A stretch of DNA of 64,000 nucleotides, taken from the NCBI GenBank assembly GCA_963829055.1, contig CAWHHI010000003.1:1-64000 (forward strand), written 5' to 3'. Under the pieces are notes generated by a model, which was given only the letters and a program-made list of their open reading frames with translations, had not been told where the DNA came from and did no database searches. Position numbers and translations under genes: made by a program. The stretch comes from an uncultured Gemmatimonadaceae bacterium. Its GTDB lineage: Bacteria; Gemmatimonadota; Gemmatimonadetes; Gemmatimonadales; Gemmatimonadaceae. Positions 41,837 through 53,056 of this stretch are shown one piece after another. Numbering within the stretch: the stretch's first letter is position 1; every line of letters begins with the position of its first letter.

Positions 41837-42463
41837 ATGAGCGCCGAACCGAGACCCGACTTCGGAGAGTTCGCCGAGTTTGCCGAGACGCTTCGAGGCC
41901 AGCGAGTCCACACCGCGCGCGTCGTTAGGCGCGCGCTGCGCCGGGCCAGCAGTCGCTACCCCGAAGGGTTCGCCGAGGAGTTGAACGACGTGTCGCGTGC
42001 GTTCGACGGCACGTTGGGCGATCTGGATCGCGCGGCCGAAGAGCTTCGCGCCCAGAACGAGGCACTCTTCTCGGCGCGCCTCGAGCTCGAAGGGTCGGCG
42101 GCGGTGTTTCGAGATCTGTTCGAGCTTGCCCCGTGCGCCTACGTGGTCACGGATGCAGACACCGCGATCATCTATGCGAACGACGCTGCCTGTACATTGC
42201 TCCATCGTTCCAAGAACGCCCTCGCGGGTAAGCCGCTGATCTGTTTTGTACCACTCGAACACCGAAGCTCTTTCCGGGCAGCGGTGTTGAGAAGTAGTGT
42301 GAATACGGCAGTGACTAGCTGGCCGGCCGTGCTGTTCCCAACTGGCGCCCCGGCGGAAATCGCCTGTCGAATGCGGGTCAGGCCTGCGACCGCTCCCGGT
42401 ACGCAACAGCCTCGCGCGCTCTACTGGAACATCACGGAGGAGTCCGATGAAGACCTCTTCTGA
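41837..42463 (+). CDS. Coiled-coil plus PAS-domain protein
   Basis: EELRAQNEAL..FRDLFELAPCAYVVTD..IIYANDAACTLL. Confidence 0.8.
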   Translation: MSAEPRPDFGEFAEFAETLRGQRVHTARVVRRALRRASSRYPEGFAEELNDVSRAFDGTLGDLDRAAEELRAQNEALFSARLELEGSAAVFRDLFELAPCAYVVTDADTAIIYANDAACTLLHRSKNALAGKPLICFVPLEHRSSFRAAVLRSSVNTAVTSWPAVLFPTGAPAEIACRMRVRPATAPGTQQPRALYWNITEESDEDLF

Positions 42464-42944
42464 CACTGTGACGCCGACGCGAACAGCGCCGGTGTCGACC
42501 AGCTCAGAACGGAGCGAGGACGTAGGCATCATCCTGGATGCACTTCGCTCGATCGTGCGCGAGCTCCGGCTCGCATCACGGGAAGCCGAACAACGCGTCG
42601 GAGTTCACGGGGCCCAGCTTCACGCCCTCCGTCAACTCGCTGATGCACCATCAATGTCACTCACCGAGCTCGCGGACCGCACGCACACCGACATCAGCTC
42701 GGTCAGCGTCGTCGTGAGCCGCCTGGTCGAACAAGGCCTCGTTGCCAGAAAATCGGCGGATGATGATCGGCGCCGACTGTCGCTTGGCCTCACCGCCCGC
42801 GGGCGTTCGCTGCTGCGGCGTGCACCAGAAACCGGCACGTCCCGACTCCTTCGGGCCGGTGCACACCTGAGCGACCGGGAAGTCCACACGCTCGCGAGCG
42901 GACTCGAAAAGCTCGTAAGCGGACTGGAGCGTTCAGACGGCTGA
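42447..42944 (+). CDS. MarR-family transcriptional regulator
   Basis: LTELADRT..SSVSVVVSRLVEQGLV..DDRR..LTARG. Confidence 0.9.
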   Translation: MKTSSDTVTPTRTAPVSTSSERSEDVGIILDALRSIVRELRLASREAEQRVGVHGAQLHALRQLADAPSMSLTELADRTHTDISSVSVVVSRLVEQGLVARKSADDDRRRLSLGLTARGRSLLRRAPETGTSRLLRAGAHLSDREVHTLASGLEKLVSGLERSDG

Positions 42945-42972
42945 TTCGCAATACGTGACGACCGATCACCTC

Positions 42973-43008
42973 AAGGCCCCCGAGAGCGTACGCTCTCGGG
43001 GGCCTTTT
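42973..43008. terminator. Intrinsic terminator
   Basis: AAGGCCCCCGAGAGCG-ta-CGCTCTCGGGGGCCTTTT directly after marR. Confidence 0.85.
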
Positions 43009-43116
43009 CACTGCGGGACCATGGGATGCGAATTGGCGGACTTATGACGGACGTTTTGGGGCGTGTTCAAAACTCTGTGGAGAATGTTCAAAACTTTGAA
43101 CCGACCCTTCATAACT

Positions 43117-44922
43117 TCAGTCATTCGCCCGTTCAGAGCCGTTACCAGACTCCTCTGTAACGCCGACACCCGCCTTCTCATAGTAGGAGCCGCGCTTCTC
43201 CCCGCGAACCACCAGCTCGCCTCGACGCACCAGCTTCTCGAGAACTCCACGCGCCTCCCGTCCCTCGACACCACAGAGCTCAGCTGCTGCCGAGCGGGTG
43301 ATGCGGCCGTGTAAGTCCACGTAATCCATGATCTTCCGCTCGCGCGCCCCCGCATGCTCGGCCGCCACATCCTCGTCGAAGTCCTCGACCCCGAGCGTCT
43401 GCGCGACCGCTGACGTGAAGTAATAGACCCGCTCACGCCTGTCCTCCCAGGAGTCGAGCAAGCCGGACTCGACTAATCGATCCAGCACTGCCCGAGTCGG
43501 GCCCTCCAAACGCTGAACGAGCGCCGCTGCCCGCCCGATCCCCATGGGCTCCTGCTCCCGCGCCATGGCATTGAGCAGCAGCAACGCGTCCAGCGACAGC
43601 CGCTTGCCCGGCACATCCCGCTCTGCCACCAACCTCGTAATGGCCACATTTGCTGGGCCATCATGCAGAATTACTTGCACTGTAGCGACAGTAGAGCGCG
43701 AGTAATCCGGCACTTGGCGCCCGTATCGAAGTTGCCCCTCGAAGATCGTATCAATGCCGCGCCCGGTCCGCTCGACCAGGCCAATACGTTTGAACGCGTC
43801 CGCCAAAACAGGATTTCTGGGCCGAGGTGGCGCGACGAGGATGTTGTCGAGCTGCACCTGATCGGGGAAACCGCCGGGGTTTGATACTTCGATCTCGTCG
43901 CCGGATCCGCCGGGAATGCCCGCCTCGCGCAGCTGAACGTGTACCGCTCCGGCACGGGTGTAGTCCCGATGGACGAGTGCGTTATGGAGCGCCTCGCGAA
44001 ACCCGGATGGGCTATGCGCCGGAACGCCCACGCGCACCATCCCCACCGCTAGCTCGTCCTCCTGGTTCCGCGCGTCGAACCGGAGCGCCACTTCTTCCGC
44101 CGTGCGCACGAGCGGCCATCGCACGAACTCGTTGACTGCCACTCGCGTCCCTCGAAGTACCTGAAACGCGACTTCGTGGTTCGGCACGTAGCGCTTGATC
44201 GCCTCCTCGCGCCCGACCATCAGCAACGCCGCGACGCGCACCCGGTCGAGTCGATCGCCATGCTCCCCCGCCCCCTCCGCGAGTCCGAGCGCGCGGACAA
44301 TCTCCGCGTCCGAGAGGTCGAGCAGGGTGGCGTCCGCTCGCCCGCGATTGAGTGCAACCGTCCGGCGAACGCGCTCGATCTCCAGCGGATCGAGATCCTC
44401 CCACCGTGCCTGCGGGACAACGAGCGCCGTGTAGTCCAGCGCTCCACGGGTCGCTTCGCGACTCTGGATCTCGTGGACGAGAAAGGGAACGCACATCGGC
44501 TTACCATGCGCGTCGGTCCCGCGACGCCGGTATACGCCATCGCTCGTGGAAGTTACCGGTCGACCAGCTGGTATCTCGATCGCCAGGATCTCCACACCAT
44601 CGACCGTGAGCAGGCTGCACTCGACCGGGCAACTCGGCACCGTCCGCCCCGCGATCATGAGCGCGACCCGATGCGGGTCGGTATACGTGCCGTGGCGATG
44701 AGCGATCCCGGTCGGACGACCATCGTCCGTCACGCCAGCGAGCACGACACCGCCATGGCCATTCGCGAGACACACGACGGCGTCCACGAGTTGATCATCG
44801 CGCAGCGGCGCTTCCGCTTCGGCGATGAACTCGGTGGTGAACTGCTCGCCACTCGCGAGGAGCCGGCGAAGCTCGGCGTCGGTGAGCACGACGGGCGGCG
44901 GGTGAGGGCGGAGGTACGGCAT
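43117..44922 (-). CDS. AlbA_2 (Schlafen-like) + HATPase_c_4 + HTH protein
   Basis: GEQFTTEF, VCLANGHGG..GVTDDG, REALHNALVHRDY, SNPGGF, PRNPVLAD..GLVERTGRGID. Confidence 0.85.
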   Translation of the reverse strand: MPYLRPHPPPVVLTDAELRRLLASGEQFTTEFIAEAEAPLRDDQLVDAVVCLANGHGGVVLAGVTDDGRPTGIAHRHGTYTDPHRVALMIAGRTVPSCPVECSLLTVDGVEILAIEIPAGRPVTSTSDGVYRRRGTDAHGKPMCVPFLVHEIQSREATRGALDYTALVVPQARWEDLDPLEIERVRRTVALNRGRADATLLDLSDAEIVRALGLAEGAGEHGDRLDRVRVAALLMVGREEAIKRYVPNHEVAFQVLRGTRVAVNEFVRWPLVRTAEEVALRFDARNQEDELAVGMVRVGVPAHSPSGFREALHNALVHRDYTRAGAVHVQLREAGIPGGSGDEIEVSNPGGFPDQVQLDNILVAPPRPRNPVLADAFKRIGLVERTGRGIDTIFEGQLRYGRQVPDYSRSTVATVQVILHDGPANVAITRLVAERDVPGKRLSLDALLLLNAMAREQEPMGIGRAAALVQRLEGPTRAVLDRLVESGLLDSWEDRRERVYYFTSAVAQTLGVEDFDEDVAAEHAGARERKIMDYVDLHGRITRSAAAELCGVEGREARGVLEKLVRRGELVVRGEKRGSYYEKAGVGVTEESGNGSERAND

Positions 44923-45036
44923 GCACCAGCCGTAATGCGCGCGTCGCGCGAGCCGGTGCGTCGGGTCTGGCAAGCTACCCGGTCGCACGACGTGGTCAAG
45001 CTGAATCGCTACCGGTCATGACGTCGCGCGGCGCGA

Positions 45037-46484
45037 TCAGCGCTGCGGAACGACGACTCCGTCCTTGATCACGGTTTTCCCGGCCAGCACCGCCTCGGGA
45101 TCCTCGAGTGGGTTGCGATCGAAGATGACGACCTGCGCCTTGCGGCCGGGCTCGATCGTTCCGTAGTCGTCCTCGCGTTCCATCACGCGCGCGCCACCGC
45201 GAGTCGCAATGCACAGCACGTCGGCCATCGGGATTCCCGCGCGCTGGAGCAGGATCATCTCCGGAAAGCACCGCATGGCCGGGGTCGAGCCAGTCGGTAC
45301 CGACCGCCAACCCAACGCCCGCCTCGTGCATGCGCCGGACATAGCCGGCGAGGATCTCGTACCCGCGCCGCGCGCGATCGCGCTGCGCCGGCGTCCACGC
45401 GTCGGATCGATCGAACGTGCCTAACGACTTCGTCGTGTACGGCGCGAACCCCACCCGCTGCGCGAAGATATGGAGCGTCGGCGTCACCGTCGCTCCGCTC
45501 CGTGCGAGGTCCTCGATGAGCGCGAGGAGTCCAGGGTCGTTCGGCCCGAGCGTATTGAACTGTTCGAGAACACCCCAGTAGAAGCCGGCCGGAGTGTCGG
45601 CGCCCAGCTCCTGACGCATCCGTGCCCAGGCCGCCCGACCCTCACTCGGCGAGATGACCTCGACCCCGAGCGTGTAAGCGTGCTCGAAGTGCCTGACGCC
45701 GAGTGTGAGGGCGCGACGCACGGACATGACGCCGAAGTCAATGTGCGTCGTCACGTGCATGTGGAGGCGCTGCGCTTCTCCGAATGCCGCTACGTATTCA
45801 GGCTCGCGCAGCCGCCAGTACAGCTTGACGTCACGAAGTCCCGCGTCGTGGTAGCGTCGCACACGCGCGACGGCGTCCGCGGAATCCCGCACGATTGCGT
45901 GCCCGACGTACGGTACGCGCCCTTCCTCATGCGACACGAGCGCCCCGCCGCTCGGGAAGAAGTCCGGAGCGCTCGGCGTCGGTCGCATCCACGCCGTCAT
46001 GAGCGCGAGATAGCGCTCGTCACCACCCACCTCACGAACCGCGGTCACGCCAAACGGCAAGTACGCACTGGCCCAGCGGGCGCGGTAGCTGGCGATGGAA
46101 TCCGGCGCGCATGACGAGTCGCGAAACCGCGCCACCTCCCGGCGTGATCGAGTCGGGAAAGACATACGCCGTGTGGTGATGCACATCGATCAGTCCAGGG
46201 ATGACGAGCCGTCCGCGCGCGTCGAGAACCTGGGCCCCACGAAGATCACCGCGCAGCGTGTCCAGCGCAGAATCGGCCACGACCTGGATGATGCGATCGC
46301 CACGCATGACGATGGCGCGATCGGGCAACGTCTTCGCGGTCCGCGTGTCGAGCACGGTCGCGTGCCGCACGACGAGTGCGCGCGGCTCCTGTACGCCCTT
46401 ATCGGGTGCCCCTTCCGACGCGCGACACGCCGCTGCGACGGCGATGCCAGCAGCGACACAGGTAACGCACGTACGTAGGCTCAC
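45037..46484 (-). CDS. Amidohydrolase family protein (frameshifts near 46110 and 45270)
   Basis: DARGRLVIPGLIDVHHH, FGVTAVREVG, VGTD, GTIEPGRKA. Confidence 0.8.
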
Positions 46485-46531
46485 ACCACATCAACCCGCC
46501 GCGGGCTCGGCGAGTCACGCCGTCGAAGCGG

Positions 46532-48200
46532 TCAGCTGATGGCGGATCGCTGATGGCTGATGGCTCCGCGCTCCGCGCGGCCTAACGCGTTATCCCCACG
46601 CCCGGCGTGATGCCCGCGTAATTGCCCGTCATCGACCGCCACCTTGCCGTTCACGACGACGTACTTCATGCCCGTCGCCAGTTCGGTCGGCTTCTGGTAG
46701 GTCGCGCGGTCGCGGAACGTCGCCCCGTCGAACACCACGACGTCGGCGAACTTCCCGCGCGCCAACACACCACGATCCTTGATGCCGAACGTCTCGGCCG
46801 TCAATGCACTCGACTGCTTCACGAACGCCTCGGGCGTCAGGATCTTCTTCGCCTGCACGTACTCCGCCCACTTCTTCGGGAACGTCCCGTACTTCCGCGG
46901 ATGGCCGGACGAGCCGTCGGAGCCCGTCATGACCCACGGGCGGCGCATGAACGCCTCGATGTCCTTCTCGTTCATGTTGAACGACGCCACCGACGCATCA
47001 CCCGCCACCACGATCTGAATCGCCGCTTCCACGGGCGTGATGTTGCGCGCTTTCGCGACCTGCTCGAGCGTCTTCCCGAGAATGGACGTATCGCGCGTCG
47101 AGCTGATGAGGAGCGCGGCCGCCCCGCCGCGGCGACGGAGATTCTCCGTCATGTCCGTGACGAGACGCGCCTTCGTTGCGGCATCCGCGACGCGTGCTCG
47201 CAACGAGTCGCGTCCGCCCACTTCGGCCCAGCGCGGCAACAGCGACGCGCCGACGGACGATCCCGATGCGGTGTACGGGTACTGGTTCGCGGTGACCTTC
47301 TGGCCACCCGCCTGCGCCGCCTCGATGATCGCGATCGCGGAATCGGACCGGCCCCAGACGTCGGTGCCTAACGCCTTGATGTGCGAGATGTGCACCGGCA
47401 TCCCGGCCTCGCGTCCGATGCGAATCGTCTCGCGAATCGCACCCAGCAGACCGACCGTGTACGAGCTCTCGTCGCGAAGGTGGGTGTCGTAGATCCCGCC
47501 CTGCCGAGCGGCGACCTTCGCCATCTCGATCACTTCCTCGGTCGTGCTGTAGCTCTGCGGCGCGTAATACAATCCGGTCGACATGCCGAGCGCGCCTTCG
47601 CGCATCCCCTTGTCCACGAGCGCGCGCATCGAGTCGAGTTGCGGGCCCGCGGCCGCCACATCGGACATCTTCATGACGGCCTGTCGAACCGTACCGTAGC
47701 CGACGAGCAACGCGCCGTTGGACCCGATCCCGTCGGCGCGCCACTTCTCCAGCGTGCGCGCGACTTCGTACGGCCCGCCACCGTCGTTTCCAGTGATGAC
47801 GGTCGTCACCCCCTGCATGAGGTAATCGACGTTCGCCCGACGCTTCGGGTCGTTGCTGGACAGATCCTCGAGGGCGTGCGTGTGCGGATCGATGAACCCC
47901 GGCGCGACGATCAGTCCCCGCGCGTCGATCGTGCGCCGCGCGGTGACGTTCGATTTCGCCGCGTCGCCCACGAACGTGATCCGGTCGCCCGTAATCGCGA
48001 TATCAGTGGTCCGCGCCGCGGCACCTGTCCCGTCGATGACGCGCCCGTTCCGGATCAGGAGGTCCGCCGGGCCACCTTGGGCGCCTTGGGCGTGCGTAAC
48101 GGCGCGGGAGAGCGAGCAGCAGCGGGCCGAGGGCCGAAACGGCGGCGATCCAGCGCATGCGTCGGCGCACGCGCTCGAGGGGGCGGGGAGGAATCATCAT
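46532..48200 (-). CDS. N-acyl-D-amino-acid deacylase family amidohydrolase (frameshift near 48100; ends approximate)
   Basis: DLLIRNGRVIDGTG, APGFIDPHTH, QGVTTVITGNDG, THLRDE, HPRKYGTFP. Confidence 0.88.
46534..46565. repeat. Short heptamer tandem repeat (GCTGATG)n
   Basis: agctgatggcggatcgctgatggctgatggct at the gene end. Confidence 0.55.
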
Positions 48201-48388
48201 CGCGCAAAATTGCAGCGCCGTACCGGTGCCTTGCCAGTGGCGGGCTGGTCGTACCGGGACACCGTGAACCCTTTACGGCCGTAGGGTTATCCAATCGCGG
48301 GCGTCTGCGACCATGATTGTGGTCGTAGCAACCAGCCCGTGTTCTCGTCTGTCCCAATCGGAGATTCCTTCCACCGAGGCGCCGCGAC

Positions 48389-49208
48389 GTGCACACGACG
48401 ACCGCAACCGCTCTCCCACTTCCGCCTACGCTTGCCGCCGACCTCGGCAAGCATGTCCGCTCGGATATCACGACGGGCGAATCCGGCGCGAACGTCGCTC
48501 GCTTCGAGCGTCCAGGCGGCACCACGGTCTACCTGAAGTCTCGCGCGCTCGGCACGACGCCGCATCGCCCGCTCTTCGAGGAAGGCGAACGGCTCGGATG
48601 GATGCACGCGGTGGGGCTGCCGGTGCCGGCCGTGCTCCAGTACCACGAATGGAAAGGCCGCGAGTACCTGCTCCTGACAGCCGTCCCAGGTCAGGACGCC
48701 TCGGCCCCGCGGCCCGCCGAGCAACATGGGGCGATCATCGCGGCGCTGGCGGCGGGCATGCGGACGCTCCATGCGACGAACATCAGCGCCTGCCCGTTCG
48801 ATCATTCGATTCGCGTGCGCCTGGCCGAGGCCGAGGCGCGTGTCCGGGCGGGCGACGTGGATGAATCGGATTTCGATGACGCGCGGCAAGGGCGGTCGGC
48901 GACGGACCTGTACGCCGAGCTGACCGCGTGTCCGCGACCACCGGAAGACCGGGTGTTCACGCACGGCGACTACTGCCTGCCTAACGTGCTACTGGTCACC
49001 GATGGCGCCGGCGTGCACGTGAGCGGTTTCGTCGACTGCGGGAACGCCGGGATCGCTGATCGCTACCAGGATCTCGCGCTCTGCGCGCGGAGCGTCGTGC
49101 AAAATCTCGGGCCCGAGTGGGTTCCGGCCCTGTTCGCGCGCTACGGTCTCGAACACGTCGATGAGGCGAAGGTCCGATACTATCAGTTGCTCGATGAATT
49201 CTTCTTGA
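48389..49208 (+). CDS. aph(3'): Aminoglycoside 3'-phosphotransferase, APH(3')-II-like
   Basis: GESGA, CPFDH, FTHGDYCLPNV, FVDCG..GIADRYQDLAL, YYQLLDEFF; an extra T before TGA at ~49205 explains the read-through to 49498. Confidence 0.88.
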
Positions 49209-49250
49209 GAACGATCCCTGCCACGCACGTAGGTCGAGTTGGACGTGGCA

Positions 49251-49568
49251 GGGCCGGTGGGAACTACGATTGCGCGGATGAACTGCAAAACAGCCGGATA
49301 CTGCTTTGCATTCGTACTGGCTCTCGCCGGACCCTGAGTGAAATGGGAACGGCCGCTCGGGGACGTCCGGCGTCTCCCGAGCGGCCGTTCCCAAGAATTC
49401 CCGGCTCGTTGCGAGCGGAGCCGTCCCCTACGGGGCGCTATCCTGCTTCTTCCGCGTCATCGCGCGCGATCGCCGTTCCCCTGGCCGCGGCGCGATGATG
49501 CCTGAATGCAAAGGTGTATCCGGTAGTTTCGCCGTACAGATCCGCCCAATCGTAGTTCCCACCGGCCC
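49251..49568. mobile_element. MITE-like or structured-RNA element with ~63-65 bp imperfect terminal inverted repeats
   Basis: GGGCCGGTGGGAACTACGATTG (49251) pairs with CAATCGTAGTTCCCACCGGCCC (ends 49568); internal hairpins. Confidence 0.55.
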
Positions 49569-49734
49569 CGGCGCGATGATCTGTAACGCCTAACGATGCG
49601 ACACGATCGGCGTCCTCACATCCATGGCTCGTCCCGCGACGGACCATAGATCGCGGGACTCAACTCATCATCCGCAGCACTGAGATCTGCTCGCGACGGT
49701 CAGATGCGATCACTCACGTCCTTCGCATACATAG

Positions 49735-49764
49735 TTGACTTAGGTATAAGCCGTGCTCTATACT
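49735..49764 (+). promoter_or_regulatory. Putative sigma-70 promoter of padR-permease
   Basis: TTGACT-18 nt-TATACT in an AT-rich patch. Confidence 0.65.
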
Positions 49765-49847
49765 CAGTTCAAATAGGGGTGCGCGCTGGCACGCGAGCGG
49801 CCGCACGTGGAGCATGAACGACTCATCGCACTCTCTCGAACACGCTC

Positions 49848-50180
49848 ATGGCCGGCTCCGATCTCTTCACGGGTACGCTCGACATTCTGATCCTCAAGGC
49901 ACTCACCTGGGGACCCCGACACGGCTACGCGATCGGCCGCTGGATTCGCGAGACCACGGAAGACGTGCTCGCCGTCCAGGAGGGCGCCCTCTACCCCGCC
50001 CTGCACCGGCTCGAGCGACGCGGCGTGATCTCCGAGGAATGGGGCCAGACCGACACCGGGCGTCAGGCGAAGTACTACACGCTGACCGCCGCGGGCCGCG
50101 CGCACCTGAGAGCCGAGGCCGCGCGCTGGACGGCGTACTCACGCGCGGTCACGCGCGCACTCGCCGTCGCCTCGGCGTGA
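49848..50180 (+). CDS. PadR-family regulator
   Basis: GTLDILILKAL..HGYAI..GALYPALHRLE..AKYYTLT. Confidence 0.93.
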   Translation: MAGSDLFTGTLDILILKALTWGPRHGYAIGRWIRETTEDVLAVQEGALYPALHRLERRGVISEEWGQTDTGRQAKYYTLTAAGRAHLRAEAARWTAYSRAVTRALAVASA

Positions 50181-50231
50181 GCCCAACACGGTCAACGACA
50201 CGACGCGACCCTAACGATTGGTAGCGGCATC

Positions 50232-52971
50232 ATGAAGCGCACCTTCCGACTGAGCGACACGCGGCCGGATCCACGGCGCGACGTCAGCGACGAGATCCGG
50301 TTTCACCTCGACATGCGTGCCAACGAGCTGATCGAGCAAGGCATGCCACGCGAGGATGCGTGGCGCGAGGCGCGGCGCCAGTTCGGCGACGTGGCGGCGA
50401 TAGAAGCGGAGTGTCGCGACGTGCGCACGGTGCGCACGCGTGAACGGGGCCGTCGCGAATGGCTCCGCGGGCTCACGATGGATCTGCGCTTCGCGCTGCG
50501 CTCGCTGCGGACGAACGCTGGATTCACGCTGGCGGCGGTGCTCACGCTGGGGCTCGGAGTCGGCGCGGCCGCGGCGGTATTCACCGTCGTCGACGGCGTG
50601 CTGCTTCGCCCGCTCCCCTACGCCGAACCGTCACGGCTCGTGATGGTCTGGATGAGGAGCTCCACGGCCCAGAGCATCGGGTCGGAGCTCCCGCTGTCGA
50701 GCGGCTTCTACGTCGACGCGCGTGAGAGCGTGAAGGCACTCGCCCCAATGGCCGCGTTCCGCTCGTGGCCATTCGTGCTGGGTGGAGCGGACGCGAGCGC
50801 GGAGCCCGAGCAGATCCCCGGATCGCGAGTGGAACCCACCCTGTTCGAGACGTTAGGCGTGCGCCCGCTGCTCGGACGCACGTTCACACGCGAGGAGTCC
50901 ACCCCTGGAGCTCCACGCGTGGCGGTGATCTCGTACTCACTCTGGCAGCGCCGGTTCGGCGGCGCTCGCGACATCGTCGGCCGAACGGTGACGCTCAGCG
51001 GCGACCGCTATTCGGTCATCGGCGTTATGCCGCGCGGGTTCGCCTTCCCGCGTGGTGCCGAGCTGCCGCCCGGACTGCAGTTCGGACCGCGAACCGACAT
51101 CTGGACGCCGCTCTCGTTCTCTGGCGCCGACCTCACGAACTACGGAACATTGAACCTGGCTGCCGTCGCGCGACTGACGCCGGGAATCGCGTCTCGAGCG
51201 GCCGAGTCGGAGCTCGGGACGTTCGGCGCTCGACTCATGCGTGAGCTCAAGGTGCCAGCGGGCCAGTTCGCGTACTCGATGGTCGGCCTCGAGGACCAGG
51301 CCGCGAAGTCGGTCCGCCGCGGACTGCTGGTGCTCCTCGGCGCCGTAGGGTTCGTGCTGCTCATCGCCTGCACGAACGTGGCGAACCTGCTGATCGCCCG
51401 AACCGGCGCGCGCGAGCGTGAGTTCGCCGTGCGCGCCGCGCTGGGCGCCGGTCAGCTGCGTATCGTCCGCCAGCTCGTGACGGAAAACATTGTCCTCGCG
51501 TTAGGTGGCGCGGCGGTCGGCATGGGTATCGCCGTCTGGGGGTCGCGCGTCATGCTCGCGCTCGTTCCCGGCAGCTTGCCGCGCGCGGACGATGTCAGCG
51601 TCGACATCCGCGTGATCGGCTTCGCGTGTATCGTGTCGATCGTGGCAGGGATCGCGTTCGCGATCGCCAGCGCCGTGCACGTCGCGCGGCAGAGCGTCGC
51701 GGCCACGCTCCAGAGCGCGGGGACGAGGCTCACTGGCAGCACACGCCGACGCTTCGGCCGGCGTGTCATCGTGGCCGCCGAAGTCGCGCTGTCGGTGATC
51801 CTCCTCGTGGGCGCCGGGCTGCTCGCCGGCAGCTTCGCCCGCCTGCAGCGCGTGACGCCGGGCTTCGACCCGCGTGGCGTGTTGACGGGAAGCGTGTTGC
51901 TACCGGTCGGTGAACGCTTCGACCCGGTGCACGACGGCCCGCGCTGGGTGCAGTTCTTCGAGCGCTACACCGCGCGTCTCGACGCGTTGCCCGGTGTGAG
52001 TGAGGCTGGGGCGGTGAGCTCACTCCCGCTATCCGGCGCCGTCGAGTCGGGGGATTTCACGATCGTCGGACGTCCAGCGCCAGCGCCGGACGCGAGGCCT
52101 AACGCCGAATACGACGTCGTCGCCGGTGACTACTTCGCGGCCATGGGGATTCGGCTCCTCGGCGGTCGTCGCTTCGATAGTCGCGATCGCGGGGATACAC
52201 CCGGCGTGGTGATCGTGAACCGCGAGCTCGCGCGCCGACACTTCCCCGGCATGAACGCGATCGGCCAGCACATTCGCACCGGGTTCGATTTTTCGAATGG
52301 CCAGACGTCGCGCGAGATCATTGGCGTCGTCGACAACGTCAAGCAGACGTCACTGGACGCCGAGGCGGTGCCGGCGGCGTACGTGCCGGTGTCGCAGAAT
52401 GCCGTATCCGTTCATGAGCATCGTCGTGCGGGCGGCATGTGCGAAGGACGCCCGTGAGTGTGATGCCGCGACGACGCTACCAGCCGTGCGCCGCGAGCTC
52501 GCGAGCATCGATCCCTCGCTCGCGCTCGCGAGCGTGCGTCCACTCGAGGCGGTCTTCGCGGACTCGATCGCACGGCAGCGGTTCAGCATGGCGGTGCTCA
52601 GTGTGTTCGCGGCGCTGGCGTTGCTGCTCGCGCTGGTGGGTCTCTACGGAGTGATCGCGCTCAGTGTCGCGCAGCGGCGGCGCGAAATCGGCGTCCGGAT
52701 GGCGCTCGGCGCGCAGCCTCGCGACGTGCTGGCGATGGTCCTTGGCGAGGGAATGCGGGTAACGCTGCTGGGTGTGGCGATCGGTCTCGCTGGGGCGCTC
52801 GTGCTGACGCGGGTTCTGCGAAGTCTGCTGTTCGACATGAGCCCGACCGATCCGCGTTTCTTCGCGGGATCGGCGTTGCTCGTCGCGGCGGTGGCGCTGG
52901 TAGCGACGTACGTGCCTGCGCGCCGTGCCGTCGGCGTGGATGCAACGTCCGCCTTACGAGATGCGACGTGA
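50232..52971 (+). CDS. Duplicated (ADOP-type) ABC permease (frameshift near 52397)
   Basis: DEIRFHL prefix, [32 protein letters not shown]. Confidence 0.88.
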
Positions 52972-52989
52972 CCCCGGATGTGTGGTTTC

Positions 52990-53056
52990 GTTAGCCGTTC
53001 GCAGTTAGCCGTTCGCAGTTTTGGCTGATGGCTCGATGGCCGCTGGCTGATAGCTA
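52990..53056. repeat. Heptamer-period tandem repeats between convergent genes
   Basis: GTTAGCCGTTCGCA x2, then GGCTGAT/GGCTCGAT/GGCTGATAGCT. Confidence 0.55.

Noticed and set aside
49209..49498. C-terminal extension of APH(3')
   Set aside because: The family ends at LLDEFF; one extra T displaces TGA, and the extension runs through a non-coding inverted-repeat element
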